Position numbers and translations under genes: made by a program
The notes under the pieces: generated by a model
Seen by the model: only the letters and a program-made list of their open reading frames with translations
Databases searched by the model: none
What the model was told of the DNA's origin: nothing
Origin: Candidatus Nanohaloarchaea archaeon
Lineage (GTDB): Archaea; Nanohalarchaeota; Nanosalinia; Nanosalinales; Nanosalinaceae
Direction of reading: 5' to 3'
NCBI GenBank assembly: GCA_014297435.1
Contig: JACOQA010000004.1
Span: 64,001-128,000, forward strand
Length of the DNA stretch: 64,000 nt
Shown: positions 9,674 to 20,135 of the stretch, piece after piece
Layout: every line of letters starts with the position of its first letter
Position numbering within the stretch: the first letter of the stretch is position 1

Positions 9674-9931
9674 ATGTCTAAGAAACTTCTGAAAATGGAG
9701 AAACGGATGTCCAGAGAGGAGATCTCTGAAAAGCTTTCAAGAATTGCCGAGGGAGTTGAAAATGGAGAAGTGAAACTTTCCTCAGGAAACGATTCAGTGA
9801 ATCTGCATCCTGGAGAGAATCCTGAGTTCGAACTCGAAGTTGAGGAGGAGAATGACGGTGATATCTCACTTGAGATAGAGATAGAATGGAATCCGGAAAA
9901 AGAAAAAAGGGAAGATATTGAGATAGGCTAG
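9674..9931 (+). CDS. Amphi-Trp domain protein
   Basis: MSREEIS..L...EFELEVE..SLEIEIEW pattern. Confidence 0.75.
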   Translation: MSKKLLKMEKRMSREEISEKLSRIAEGVENGEVKLSSGNDSVNLHPGENPEFELEVEEENDGDISLEIEIEWNPEKEKREDIEIG

Positions 9932-9940
9932 TGGAGAGCT

Positions 9941-10126
9941 CTAATCCAATAATCTATCATATATTTTCTCAGGCGGGCAGAAACCTGTAAATGAACTCTG
10001 CAACAGGTTGAAACCTGCGAACGCATCAATAAGGTAAAAGTAATCGTTCACGAACCATCCAAGCAGGAAACCTGCCAGGATTACTGTTCCTGCCAGTCTT
10101 CTGACGAACTGTTTTTTCTGCATCAT
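9941..10126 (-). CDS. DUF2892 small membrane protein
   Basis: VRRLAG...GFNLLQSSFTGFCP. Confidence 0.8.
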   Translation of the reverse strand: MMQKKQFVRRLAGTVILAGFLLGWFVNDYFYLIDAFAGFNLLQSSFTGFCPPEKIYDRLLD

Positions 10127-11418
10127 TCTTCACCTCCAGAATTCTCTTCTACAGGTTTTCGAAATCTATACTGGTAAACCGAGCCCAGAACGAGCAAAAG
10201 CGTTGCCAGCACGCCTACATAGATAAGTGGAGACTGTGTCCTTCCTGTGAGTTCTAGATCTGTTTCTTCGGTAAATGTATAAACCGAGTTATCTCCTTCC
10301 TCACTATCACCGTTAGCTCTGAGCTGTATCTTGATCTGGTGAGTTTTCAGGTTGGCTGATCTATCAGCAGAGATCTTCAACACAGCTTCTCCTGTATCTC
10401 CAGTCTCTATCCCACCTATGTAGTTTGAGCGGTCTTCCAGACTGAAGGGCTGGGTTCTTTCCGCGATCATTCTTACAGTTACCGACTCTGCATCCTGTCC
10501 TCCTACGTTCTCCACCTGAAGATGAAGTTGTTCTGTTCCCCCGGCTTTCATTCCTTTCTCTGCATTAACCAGCTCGAGATCAGGTCTGCCTTCAACCCTC
10601 AAAGGCACCTCAAGTTTCTTCGAGTACCTGTTGCCAGAAGTGTCCTCGTAAGTTGTCTTCAACCCAATCTGATGTAGTCCAGCCGAAAGATCCTCATCAA
10701 GATCCATTACTAGTGTTCTCTCCGTTGACTCTCCTTCACCCAATCTGTTGATGTAGAACTTCTCATCCTTCGAATAGGCTGGTGCGATTCCCTCCGGCGT
10801 CTCCGGTCTAATCTCTACCTTTTCGATAGGTTTGTTCCCTGTGTTTGTGTATCTGATATGTGTTTCAACGTAGTCATCTCCTGGTCTTGGAGTTTTGGGG
10901 TCGGTCTTGACGACATTGCTTGAAATGTCGACTCCTTCATTATCGACAGGCATGGAGAACTCTCTAATCACTCTAACGTTTGATTTTCCGTTCTGTGTGT
11001 TGATCTCTATGGGTTCACCGTTCTCCAAGTACTGGATATGTAGTTCGAAATCGTACATACCTGTTGGAGCACCAGAATCTATTTTTACCTGGTAGCGTTG
11101 ATTCCAGACGGCTTCAGGATAGAGGAATCCGATAGAATCGTCTCTGTCATCCTCTATCGTGACGTGCTCTCTTGCCAGACGGTTATCCGGTTTGAGAACC
11201 ACTTTCAGCTTTCTATCCTCATCCCAGTTTTTACCAGGATAGTTGTTTTCATGCATGTTGGCAGAGATGTTTACTCTGTCTCCTGCAGAAATGAATCCGG
11301 GATCGAAGCTTACTCCATCGAGTTTTGGAGCTCCTGAAGCAGCGCCTATAGAGATTGCGGCTATTGAAATTGTGATTGCAAGTTTGAAAGTTGTCGTGTG
11401 TGTAGTTGTGTTTGTCAT
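10123..11418 (-). CDS. COG1361 S-layer-domain family secreted protein with Ig-like repeats and C-terminal TM
   Basis: Signal peptide, repeated NxG beta-sandwich motifs, C-terminal anchor; directly downstream of RND/MMPL genes. Confidence 0.7.
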   Translation of the reverse strand: MTNTTTHTTTFKLAITISIAAISIGAASGAPKLDGVSFDPGFISAGDRVNISANMHENNYPGKNWDEDRKLKVVLKPDNRLAREHVTIEDDRDDSIGFLYPEAVWNQRYQVKIDSGAPTGMYDFELHIQYLENGEPIEINTQNGKSNVRVIREFSMPVDNEGVDISSNVVKTDPKTPRPGDDYVETHIRYTNTGNKPIEKVEIRPETPEGIAPAYSKDEKFYINRLGEGESTERTLVMDLDEDLSAGLHQIGLKTTYEDTSGNRYSKKLEVPLRVEGRPDLELVNAEKGMKAGGTEQLHLQVENVGGQDAESVTVRMIAERTQPFSLEDRSNYIGGIETGDTGEAVLKISADRSANLKTHQIKIQLRANGDSEEGDNSVYTFTEETDLELTGRTQSPLIYVGVLATLLLVLGSVYQYRFRKPVEENSGGEE

Positions 11419-11433
11419 AGTATTTTTTTCACC

Positions 11434-12492
11434 TTATACGATTGATTCTTTTCCATCTGCGAGTATTATCATAGTAGGTAACAGAAATACAGCTCCTATG
11501 TATGCAGATATGATTCCTGTGAAGAGGAAGATTCCCAAGGCGTGCATGCCTGTCAGGTTTGCGGCGAGCAATGCCAAGAATCCGACACCGGTTGTCATAG
11601 ATCCTCCGAGCAATCCTCGGGAAAGTTCTGTCATGGTCTCTGAAAGTCCTTCGGCTCCTCTCTTCGTGTTGAAGTATTTCTTGGTTACGTGTATACCGAA
11701 GTCTATTCCTAGCCCCATTATCATCGCGGCTGAGACCATGGATATTATTGTAAGGTTTGCACCGAGGTAGCCGCCGAGACCGAGCATCCATACCAATCCG
11801 AACATGACAGGTACTATCGGAAACATCATCCTCTTCAAGTCACGGAACACCCCGAAAAGAACGAGTAAGACCGCCCCAAACGATACTGCAGTTATAGTCA
11901 TGAAATCGGATATGATGACCTGGAATGTCGCAAGATCTATCATGTTGTAGCCAGTGAGATAGTAGTCCTCCGTAGTCTCAGCCTGTACGGCTGTATGTAT
12001 TTCATCATAAAGTTTCTGTATCTCACCAGAATTGGCTTGTGTGTCAGCTCTTACTGCAACTAGACCTGTTCTGTGGTTTTCTGATACCATGCTCCTGAAA
12101 TTGAAACTTTGAAGCCTTTCACTGTCCTCGGGAATCTTTCCGTACTTTCTTTCGAGAATGGATGCTGGAGATTCAACCGAATGAACGTTCTCGACTTTTT
12201 CTACTCTGTTACTAATTCTCTGTATCTCTACTAATAGTTCGGAGTTAAGTACATCCTTATCGGATTCAAACACGATGTATGTCGTGTCTCCTGAAAACTT
12301 CGCTCTCAAGGTATCGAGTGATTCGACGGTTGAGTCATCTTCTGGCAGGATTGCTTCGGTGCTTGGTTTAACCTCTAAGTTTAACGCTCCTGGAACTACA
12401 AGAAGTGTCAAAAGACCTATTATGAGTAAGACTTTCTTGGGTTTCTCTACCTGGTATTCTACCAGTTTTTCAGCGAGTCTCTCTATAATCAT
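11434..12492 (-). CDS. RND/MMPL family transporter, half-size subunit 2
   Basis: GLGIDFGIH motif; 1+5 TM layout. Confidence 0.85.
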   Translation of the reverse strand: MIIERLAEKLVEYQVEKPKKVLLIIGLLTLLVVPGALNLEVKPSTEAILPEDDSTVESLDTLRAKFSGDTTYIVFESDKDVLNSELLVEIQRISNRVEKVENVHSVESPASILERKYGKIPEDSERLQSFNFRSMVSENHRTGLVAVRADTQANSGEIQKLYDEIHTAVQAETTEDYYLTGYNMIDLATFQVIISDFMTITAVSFGAVLLVLFGVFRDLKRMMFPIVPVMFGLVWMLGLGGYLGANLTIISMVSAAMIMGLGIDFGIHVTKKYFNTKRGAEGLSETMTELSRGLLGGSMTTGVGFLALLAANLTGMHALGIFLFTGIISAYIGAVFLLPTMIILADGKESIV

Positions 12493-12495
12493 TTT

Positions 12496-13560
12496 TCAGA
12501 AGTCGTGCCTCCAGTCGATCGATTCATGGATTTTCTTCATAACCTTCTCCTCGAGTACGAAAACTGAGGGAAGCAGGAGAAAGCTGAAAAGCAGTGCGTA
12601 GCCTATACCTATCGACATTATTAGACCGAACCTGTGCATCTCAGGCATCATACCTGTAAGAAACGCCATGAACGCGCTAATGGTCGTAATCGATGTTGCT
12701 AAAATAGCGACCCCTGTCTCTCCAACAGCTTCTGAAAGCGCCTCACCTATCGTGTTATCTTTCCTGTGAAACCTGTATGTATTGAGTATGTGAACCGAGT
12801 AGTCGATCCCTATACCTATAACCAGTGCTGCGACAGATCCCGCCAGGGTTGAAAGCGGTATTCCTAGGTAGCCCATGGTTCCGTATAGCCAGATAACTGA
12901 GAGCGCTACGACTATCAGAGGCATGAGTGCGGATGAAAAGCTTCCCTGAAAAAGACCTAGAGTTATCAAAAAAACGAGACCTAGGGATATCATAGTTGTA
13001 ACATTTTTATCACGAGAGACCATTGATGAGAGACGTTGCTGTACTGCTGGAACACCTGATATCTCGGTTTCGACTCCTTCAGGTTTTTCGTACTTGGTCT
13101 GTTCTTCTATTTCGTTGAATATCCTGTCCATTTCAGATCCAGAGTCCCCTAGATAAGTGTAGGCAGTAATTACTGCGTTTTGGTCTCTTTCGTCCACCAA
13201 TCCTTCTCTTTGGAGAGGTGACATAACTTGAGTTACGCCATTTATCTTCCTGATGTCGTTCGAAAGATCCTGTATATATTCTTCTGTCCGGTTGTCATGT
13301 ATGCTTTGAACTCCGTCCTCCATTTTTCCTGTTGAGATTTTTACTGCGATAGAGTCTTTGCCTATTCCTTCAGCTCTCAAGTTGTTCACGCCTTCTACAG
13401 GGGTTGAGCTCGAAGGCATCATGTTTTCCAGTGCTACTATGGTTTCGACTCTTGCCATTCCAGGAATCATGGCTAGCGAGAGAAATACGAACAGGAGTAC
13501 TATCTTGGTCGGATGTTTTTCCTGGATTGTTGTTATTTTCTCAAGGATTTTCTGTGACAT
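12496..13560 (-). CDS. RND/MMPL family transporter, half-size subunit 1
   Basis: GIGIDYSVH motif; paralogous to the neighbouring gene. Confidence 0.85.
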   Translation of the reverse strand: MSQKILEKITTIQEKHPTKIVLLFVFLSLAMIPGMARVETIVALENMMPSSSTPVEGVNNLRAEGIGKDSIAVKISTGKMEDGVQSIHDNRTEEYIQDLSNDIRKINGVTQVMSPLQREGLVDERDQNAVITAYTYLGDSGSEMDRIFNEIEEQTKYEKPEGVETEISGVPAVQQRLSSMVSRDKNVTTMISLGLVFLITLGLFQGSFSSALMPLIVVALSVIWLYGTMGYLGIPLSTLAGSVAALVIGIGIDYSVHILNTYRFHRKDNTIGEALSEAVGETGVAILATSITTISAFMAFLTGMMPEMHRFGLIMSIGIGYALLFSFLLLPSVFVLEEKVMKKIHESIDWRHDF

Positions 13561-13637
13561 TTAGTTGAACTATGTTGCACAATCTTTTTTATGTTTACCA
13601 GGACAGGAAATTTACATCTTGCCGTGAAACCTAGTCT

Positions 13638-13967
13638 ATGGACTGCCCAACAGAAATCAAACAGCTGCTAAAAGTACTTTACAACCTATCAAGCTCCGAG
13701 ACAGAGGTCATGTACTTCCTGTGCAACAACGAGGCTCGAGCCTCGGATATAGCCGAGGAACTTGGCAAGGACAGATCAACAATCCAGAGATACCTTTCCA
13801 AACTGAGAACGACAGGGCTGGTAGAAAGAGAGAGTGTCGTTAAAGAGGGTAAGAGAGGTCGTTTCTACATCTACTCTGTGCCCGATAAGGCTGAGATGAA
13901 GCGGAAAGTCAAGGAACGGATGGAGGAATGGAAAGACGAAAAACTTGAGGTTCTGGAAGACCTCTAA
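13638..13967 (+). CDS. Helix-turn-helix transcriptional regulator (TrmB/COG3355-like)
   Basis: ASDIAEELGKDRSTIQRYLSKL; divergent from the MMPL operon. Confidence 0.85.
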   Translation: MDCPTEIKQLLKVLYNLSSSETEVMYFLCNNEARASDIAEELGKDRSTIQRYLSKLRTTGLVERESVVKEGKRGRFYIYSVPDKAEMKRKVKERMEEWKDEKLEVLEDL

Positions 13968-14005
13968 CAACAAATTATTAAAAGTTCAACATTCTTACAC
14001 AAACT

Positions 14006-14254
14006 ATGTCTAAAGAAATAGAAGTTTTCACGACACCGGCTTGCCCCTACTGCACCAAGATAAAGAAGTGGCTCGATGAAAACGGTTACGACTACACAGA
14101 ACACAACGTAGCCGAAAACAAAGAAAAAGCCCAGGAAATGATCCAAGAAACAGGCGAAAGGGGAGTCCCACAGACCTTCATAGGCAAAGAAACAGTAGTA
14201 GGTTTTCAACCCGGAAAGATTCAGGAAGCTATCGAAGAAGAGATAGAAACCTGA
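14006..14254 (+). CDS. Glutaredoxin-like protein (NrdH/YruB)
   Basis: CPYC active site, GVPQ cis-Pro loop, VVGF. Confidence 0.9.
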   Translation: MSKEIEVFTTPACPYCTKIKKWLDENGYDYTEHNVAENKEKAQEMIQETGERGVPQTFIGKETVVGFQPGKIQEAIEEEIET

Positions 14255-14392
14255 AAACCAAGGACAAGAATAAATGTACAGGGAGGGGGACTACATCCTC
14301 GTCCTTCAAAAGTACTGTTCAGCCTTTAAATCCTCTAATAAAAGCTTTCCTATCCGCGAACCAATTTAAGGCGGCAACCAAAGCTCGTTAAT

Positions 14393-14581
14393 ATGTTTAA
14401 TTTAGACCTTGAGAACCCCCTAATTTTCACGACGTTTACAGTAGCCTTATGGATTTCAATGGCGATATTAGTAGAAGTAATTTTTGCCAACGGAAGTTTA
14501 GAGAGCGGTGTTATCAAGGGCTTTGCTGGAGGTATCGCATACTCGATTACGTACAGATATATACAAAACTTCTCTGACTGA
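14393..14581 (+). CDS. Small hypothetical membrane protein
   Basis: 62 aa with two hydrophobic segments; TTTAAG TATA-like box about 25 nt upstream. Confidence 0.55.
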   Translation: MFNLDLENPLIFTTFTVALWISMAILVEVIFANGSLESGVIKGFAGGIAYSITYRYIQNFSD

Positions 14582-14665
14582 AAGGCGCCGGTCGCAGAAT
14601 TTTTGTTTGATTTCAGCCGAACAGCCTGTCAACTTATTAAATAAATGCCGTCAGCAGGAAATTGT

Positions 14666-15781
14666 ATGAAAAGACAGTTTTTCTGTATTACTATGCTACT
14701 GGTTTGTTCTACTGCTTCTTCTGCTGCGCTGGAAAATGTAGAACAGGTTAATAACTCAAACCTGGCGAAACATGAGGTCGTGATCGGAGAGAATCAAGAA
14801 ATCCGCTGGGCCGGATACGAAGCCGTATACAAAGACAGCAGAGATTACAGCGCCGAGAGAATTACATTCACAGACCCAGACGGGGTGCTGATGAAACAGT
14901 TCTCTGGAGAGGAGTTCTATGACGCCTTTAGCGAGATAAAACGGATCAGCGAGAATCTCTACCTAAGACTCGACAGCTTAAATCATGATAAAAAAGAGAT
15001 CAAGGCAACCGTCTGGGCTCCTGGGGACGAGTTTGGATCCTCAGATCTTAATATTACTGCCCCAGAGTACATAGTTAAGCAGAATGACGAAGATTTTACA
15101 GTCCCTATAAGAATTGAAAACAGTGGAGGCATTGAGGAAGCTTACGAGCTCTCAGCCGAATCATCAAGTCCTATTTCTACTTACTTTACTTACCAAGGCT
15201 ACAATATAACCAAGCTAGTCGTGGAGCCTGGAGAAGAGAAGGAAATAACCGCGGATATTGAGCTAGACGAAGATATAGGCAAAGGAGTGAAGAAAATCAA
15301 CTTCAGTGTTTTCAACAGAAGCTTCTCTTCTAAAGAGTTCCGCTTTCAGGTAACCAACAGCAGCGAAGATGAAAGAGAGTTAAGAATGAATCTTGATGAG
15401 AACTACCTCGAGAAATCATCAGGAACTACAGTTGAAACCACAGTAAGAGTTGAGAACATAGGTGATTCCCTGGTGAAGAACGTCGAGCCTTCGATATCCA
15501 CGCCGGAAAACTGGAACTACACCGTGAAACCTGAGGAAACCAAGAACATCAGTAGCGAGGAGTTCCAGGACTTTGAACTAGCTGTTTCCGTTCCTTCAAC
15601 TGCAACTAGCGGCGACTACTTCGTTGATATAGAGTTGGAAAACACTGAGAATTTTGATAAAAGAAATGTTAGAGTGAACGTTTCAGATAGCAGCGGTGGC
15701 TTCGGTCTGATCGGTGCTATACTCGCTTTAATGTCTATCATGCTTGTAGCAGGAGTTTACAAGGTATTTGGTAGAAGGTGA
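14666..15781 (+). CDS. Secreted NEW3/COG1470-like Ig-domain protein with C-terminal TM
   Basis: Signal peptide, ENxG repeats, PENW..V.P, GDY; first gene of the ABC operon (alternative start 14645). Confidence 0.7.
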   Translation: MKRQFFCITMLLVCSTASSAALENVEQVNNSNLAKHEVVIGENQEIRWAGYEAVYKDSRDYSAERITFTDPDGVLMKQFSGEEFYDAFSEIKRISENLYLRLDSLNHDKKEIKATVWAPGDEFGSSDLNITAPEYIVKQNDEDFTVPIRIENSGGIEEAYELSAESSSPISTYFTYQGYNITKLVVEPGEEKEITADIELDEDIGKGVKKINFSVFNRSFSSKEFRFQVTNSSEDERELRMNLDENYLEKSSGTTVETTVRVENIGDSLVKNVEPSISTPENWNYTVKPEETKNISSEEFQDFELAVSVPSTATSGDYFVDIELENTENFDKRNVRVNVSDSSGGFGLIGAILALMSIMLVAGVYKVFGRR

Positions 15782-15790
15782 TAAACTTAA

Positions 15791-16510
15791 ATGGCAGTTG
15801 TAGAAATAAACAATTTAAGCAAAAGTTTTGACGGCTTTAAAGCCCTGGAAAATCTGGAAATGGAGATACAGCGAGGTGAAGTTTACGGTCTTCTCGGACC
15901 GAACGGCGCAGGAAAAACCACGTTGTTCCAGACAATGATGGGACAGCTGACGCCTACTTCGGGAGAAGTGGAGATACTCGGGGAAGACGCATACCGCGAC
16001 ACTTTTGAAGTGGCAAAAGAGGTAAGCTTTCTCCCTGCGGATATCCGTTTCTACGACAACCTGACAGCGAGGAAGAATCTGAAATACCTTGCTGATCTCG
16101 TAGAAGAGGACCCCGACATCGATGAACTACTGGAACTAGTCAACCTTAAGGAGGAAGCAGATAAGAAGGTCTCGGGATTCTCTCACGGAATGCAGAAAAG
16201 ACTGGGAATCGCCCAGACACTGATCAAGGATCCGGAAATAATCCTTTTCGACGAGCCGACCACAGGTCTCGATCCGGAAAGAAAGGAAGACTTCAAGGAC
16301 CTCATCAAGGAGATCAACGAGGAAAAAGGAATCACTGTAATTGTTTCCTCGCATATCCTCCACGAGTTAGAGGACATATGCGATCGAATTGGGGTTCTGA
16401 AGGACGGCAACATCAAGGTATCCGGCACTCCTCAAGGAATTATCGAAGAAGAGGGTGTTGATACTTTAGAAGAGGCTTACCTTGAGATAACTCGAGGTGA
16501 CTACCGATGA
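15791..16510 (+). CDS. ABC transporter ATP-binding protein
   Basis: GPNGAGKTT, FSHGMQ, FDEPT, SSH. Confidence 0.95.
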   Translation: MAVVEINNLSKSFDGFKALENLEMEIQRGEVYGLLGPNGAGKTTLFQTMMGQLTPTSGEVEILGEDAYRDTFEVAKEVSFLPADIRFYDNLTARKNLKYLADLVEEDPDIDELLELVNLKEEADKKVSGFSHGMQKRLGIAQTLIKDPEIILFDEPTTGLDPERKEDFKDLIKEINEEKGITVIVSSHILHELEDICDRIGVLKDGNIKVSGTPQGIIEEEGVDTLEEAYLEITRGDYR

Positions 16511-17484
16511 AAGCTTTTACAGTTGCCAGGAAAGAGATTGCCGACCAGATGAACAGCAACAAGTTCCTGATCGTATTCGGACTGCTTCTACTTCTTACGG
16601 CAGCCACGGCATTCCAGGGCGCGCAGAACTATCAGGACAGTATGGACCGATTCCAGGAGGCACAGAATTCTGACTCTCAGATGGGATTCGCTCCGGACAA
16701 GCCTTCAGTCCTTGACGCATTCACTATGCTGACACAAGGGGTTAATTTCCCACTTATCGGAGGATTACTGGCATTACTGCTCAGCTTCAATACTGTATCC
16801 GGTGAACGGGATAAAAACACCTTGAAGCTATTAACCTCTTACCCTCTTCACAGAGATAGCATCATCACAGGAAAGTTCATGGCAGGAATCTTCACATTGA
16901 CGATAGCTTCCGCAGCATCATTCATGGTAGCCTCAGCAGTCATTATAGGCATGACCGGGGCAGCAGTAACCGGTGCCGCGGCAACACGCATCCTGCTGAT
17001 GCTTGGAGGAACAGTCCTCTACATGTCATGCATCTACGGGCTAGGAACACTCCTCTCAACAGTATTCAACGACAGTTCAACAGCTCTCACAGGAGGAATG
17101 CTCGTCCTGGTCCTTTCAACACTTGTAATCCCTCAGATGGCATTCATGCTTTCCGATGTCCTCGTAGAAGACTCTGAAGAGACGAGCATCACAATTGGCC
17201 AAGGAAGCTCTGGACTCAGCGATTCATATGAGAAGCGCATGGAAATACGGAACACGATCACGAAGCTGGCGCCATCAGGAAGTTACGGCAACTTCATGCA
17301 GTACATGCTGGGACAAGACCCAAGTAGCATAGGGGTAAGTACTGGAGGCGGCGATGCAGAAAGCGAACCATCAGTTATGGAAAGCCTCAATTCATCGCTA
17401 GGTAACCTGGGGCTTCTCGTGGGACAAGCAGCTCTGTTCTTCGGAGCAAGTTTCGTCATCTTTACAAGGAGGGAAATCTCCTGA
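16507..17484 (+). CDS. ABC-2/NosY-type permease
   Basis: VARKEI, SGERDKNTLKLL..P...GKF. Confidence 0.9.
   Translation: MKAFTVARKEIADQMNSNKFLIVFGLLLLLTAATAFQGAQNYQDSMDRFQEAQNSDSQMGFAPDKPSVLDAFTMLTQGVNFPLIGGLLALLLSFNTVSGERDKNTLKLLTSYPLHRDSIITGKFMAGIFTLTIASAASFMVASAVIIGMTGAAVTGAAATRILLMLGGTVLYMSCIYGLGTLLSTVFNDSSTALTGGMLVLVLSTLVIPQMAFMLSDVLVEDSEETSITIGQGSSGLSDSYEKRMEIRNTITKLAPSGSYGNFMQYMLGQDPSSIGVSTGGGDAESEPSVMESLNSSLGNLGLLVGQAALFFGASFVIFTRREIS
17411..17467 (+). repeat. 57-bp direct repeat, copy 1 (3' end of permease gene)
   Basis: 50/57 identical to 20271-20327. Confidence 0.85.
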
Positions 17485-17512
17485 TCTTTTTTCTTTTATA
17501 GGAGAAGATAGA

Positions 17513-17680
17513 ATGCTGATGGACCTGATAAGAAGAAAGATCGTGATGTTTCTAGGTCCTGATAACCTGAATGTCCCGGATTATTTCTGGATTGTAGCTC
17601 TGACAACAATAGTGGTTTTATCGCTCATTTTGAAATGGCGAGGACCTGAAGTAGAAGGAGGGATCATGGATCAAGTATGA
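17513..17680 (+). CDS. Possible small single-TM protein (55 aa)
   Basis: MLMDLIRRKIVMFLGPDNLNVPDYFWIVALTTIVVLSLILKWRG...; GGAG at 17501-17504; below the ORF-track cutoff. Confidence 0.3.
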   Translation: MLMDLIRRKIVMFLGPDNLNVPDYFWIVALTTIVVLSLILKWRGPEVEGGIMDQV

Positions 17681-17720
17681 AGAACAACAGGAGTGAGTAC
17701 ATCCTTCTCCAACTTTTTCT

Positions 17721-18575
17721 TTATTGGTTTGGTATTTCTTTATAGTAGTTGAACATATCTGTGTAGGAGGGTTCGACAGTTTCCATATTCTCAGCGTCCT
17801 TCAGATTGTTTTCTGCAGCAATGAATCCTCTTACCTTGTCGTCAACTGTAAAAGTGAAGTTGTGTATTGCGAGATGGTTTAATCTTTCTGCATTCTCCAG
17901 GTCCGTTTCTATTACTTCTGGAATATTCTGCATGAGTTCTTCAGGTGTTCCTTCTGCTACAATTTCGCCGTTTGACAGGAATGCTATTCGATCTGCTATT
18001 TGGGCGTCCAGCGACAAGTGAGTTGAGATGACGAATGTAGCATCGGAGTTTGAATGTTCTCTGATAAGGGAATGTGTTTCTCTCACTGTTGTAAGATCAA
18101 GTGCCGCAGTAGGCTCGTCAAGAAGATAGGCTGATGCATCATTACTTAATGCGATAGAAAGCTCCAGTTTTCTTCTCATTCCGCCCGAATAGTTCTCAAC
18201 TTTCTTCTCAAGTTCATCTTTAATACCAAATTTCTGTGTATAATCTTTCCATCGTTCAGTAAACCGGGGATCTGCTTTCTTATAGAACTCTATATTTTCT
18301 TTACCGCTTAAACGATCAAGACATAAAGACTCCTGAACTAGAAGACTGACAAAACCCTCTTTCTCCGATATAGGAGTTCCAAGTGATTTGACTTCTCCTC
18401 CATCAATAGTTCTACTTCCTGAAAGACAGGATAGAAGTGTTGATTTACCGGAACCGTTCGCACCCATTATTACAAGAGTTTCACCTGCTCTGACTTCTAA
18501 ATCAAGGTTTTTGAGTATTTTATCGCCGCCTAAAGATTTTTCCAGGTTATTTGCAAGTAATACAGGTTCGCTCAT
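17721..18575 (-). CDS. ABC transporter ATP-binding protein
   Basis: GANGSGKST, YSGGM, LLDEPT, STH. Confidence 0.95.
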   Translation of the reverse strand: MSEPVLLANNLEKSLGGDKILKNLDLEVRAGETLVIMGANGSGKSTLLSCLSGSRTIDGGEVKSLGTPISEKEGFVSLLVQESLCLDRLSGKENIEFYKKADPRFTERWKDYTQKFGIKDELEKKVENYSGGMRRKLELSIALSNDASAYLLDEPTAALDLTTVRETHSLIREHSNSDATFVISTHLSLDAQIADRIAFLSNGEIVAEGTPEELMQNIPEVIETDLENAERLNHLAIHNFTFTVDDKVRGFIAAENNLKDAENMETVEPSYTDMFNYYKEIPNQ

Positions 18576-19414
18576 CTAGGCAACACCTTTTTGTTGTAAA
18601 GTTTCCGCATAAGCATGATTCCTGCTACAGCGGATATAAGACCATAAAACGCGAGTAGACCTAGAGATTCCATGCTTGAAGGCATTGCAGGAGGTATGAG
18701 GCCTGCTTCCGCATATCCGCCTTCGCCGATTAAATGGTAACTGAGAACCCGTGTTGAAAGAGAGTTTGGGATAAAGTTTAGCAGATCCTGACTTATCATC
18801 GCCATTCCAGGCATTACTCCGTTGTTGCCTGTTATCAGTGTAGCAATAACTGCCGTTATAGTAGTTAAAAGCTCAGCGTATCTTTCATTGCTGGAAGCCA
18901 TTACCATAGGGATTGAGACAATCATCCAGAGTACGCAGGAAAAAACAAAGGCTGCAACTATGATAGGTATAGAGCTAAATCCTCTTATAGAGTATGAGGC
19001 TCCAGTAACTGCGCCAACAAGTATTGTTACAAGAAAAGCAACTGAAGATATCATTACACCTGCTGACAACCGCCCTATAAGATCTGCAGAGGGCATCATC
19101 GGCATCGAACGATAGGTCTCATACCGTTGATCCTCAAAATCCGTGATCAACTGATTGCCGAATACATAGAGACATACGATCATGGAACCAAATACGCCAA
19201 GACCTATGGACAGACCTGCCTTCATTGATGCAGGAGCCGAATCAAAAGACGCCATGTAGACAAGATAGAGAAAAGGAGCAAAACCAAGAGCAATAAACAT
19301 CAGAGACCAGCTACTCAATACATCGCGTATACTTCGAATAGAAAACGCCTGAACCTGATCTAACCAGTTCCGAACACCATTGAGATCTTGAACCCTATCT
19401 TTAGTCTGTGACAT
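18572..19414 (-). CDS. ABC-2 type permease
   Basis: Multi-TM; overlaps the ATPase start; ATG 19414 has GAGGT SD. Confidence 0.8.
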   Translation of the reverse strand: MSQTKDRVQDLNGVRNWLDQVQAFSIRSIRDVLSSWSLMFIALGFAPFLYLVYMASFDSAPASMKAGLSIGLGVFGSMIVCLYVFGNQLITDFEDQRYETYRSMPMMPSADLIGRLSAGVMISSVAFLVTILVGAVTGASYSIRGFSSIPIIVAAFVFSCVLWMIVSIPMVMASSNERYAELLTTITAVIATLITGNNGVMPGMAMISQDLLNFIPNSLSTRVLSYHLIGEGGYAEAGLIPPAMPSSMESLGLLAFYGLISAVAGIMLMRKLYNKKVLPR

Positions 19415-19539
19415 ATGAATAACCTCAATAATAACAGGTTTACACAGCATCTTTTAATAAATAAGAGCAGACCTGGCAATCACCGAAATTTTCTCCTCTT
19501 CATCCTTATTTTTATCAAGGAAGAAACTCAAATACCAGT

Positions 19540-19827
19540 ATGACGCAGATTACTGAAAAACTCCGAGAAAACATTTTCAGATCATCGAGACGCAACAAGG
19601 TCAGCCTAGTGTACTTCGGATGTGCGGCAGGATTCTTTGGCCTATACTTCTTCCTGGATAAAAACCTGTTCACGTTAACCATGTTCACAGGCATGTTCCT
19701 GACAGGTATCTCGGAAGCTCTTCCTGAAGGCAGAAATGTTCTGGCAGGTGTTCTACGGATTACAGCAGTAATTATCTATCTGTCAATTCTTGCATTCTCG
19801 TTTTTGAGGCCCGAAGCCGTAATCTGA
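19540..19827 (+). CDS. Hypothetical membrane protein
   Basis: 95 aa, three hydrophobic segments. Confidence 0.65.
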   Translation: MTQITEKLRENIFRSSRRNKVSLVYFGCAAGFFGLYFFLDKNLFTLTMFTGMFLTGISEALPEGRNVLAGVLRITAVIIYLSILAFSFLRPEAVI

Positions 19828-19931
19828 GAGACAGTTTGCAATTAACAAAAAACCCCTTCACTAAGAACGCCTTTTTTCATTTAGAAAAGGATTTTTCCCT
19901 TTACTAAAAAAAGGAAAAATGAATAAATAGA

Positions 19932-20135
19932 CTACTTCATCTGTGTTATAGCGTAAGCCGTCATTAATCCTCCTGCTATAAGCAGTACAAAACCCTGTAA
20001 ATCTGCCGAGACCAGGTAAGGCATGCTGAAACCTATATCGACAGGTCCGACCATGGATTCATTGGTCAGGAGCGTCATCACTCCTAGAAGCCCCAATACA
20101 GAGCTTATAGGAAGGATTAGCTGTTCGTTGTTCAT
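19932..20135 (-). CDS. Small hypothetical membrane protein (67 aa)
   Basis: ATG 20135 preceded by GGAGGTG SD; two hydrophobic segments. Confidence 0.6.
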   Translation of the reverse strand: MNNEQLILPISSVLGLLGVMTLLTNESMVGPVDIGFSMPYLVSADLQGFVLLIAGGLMTAYAITQMK

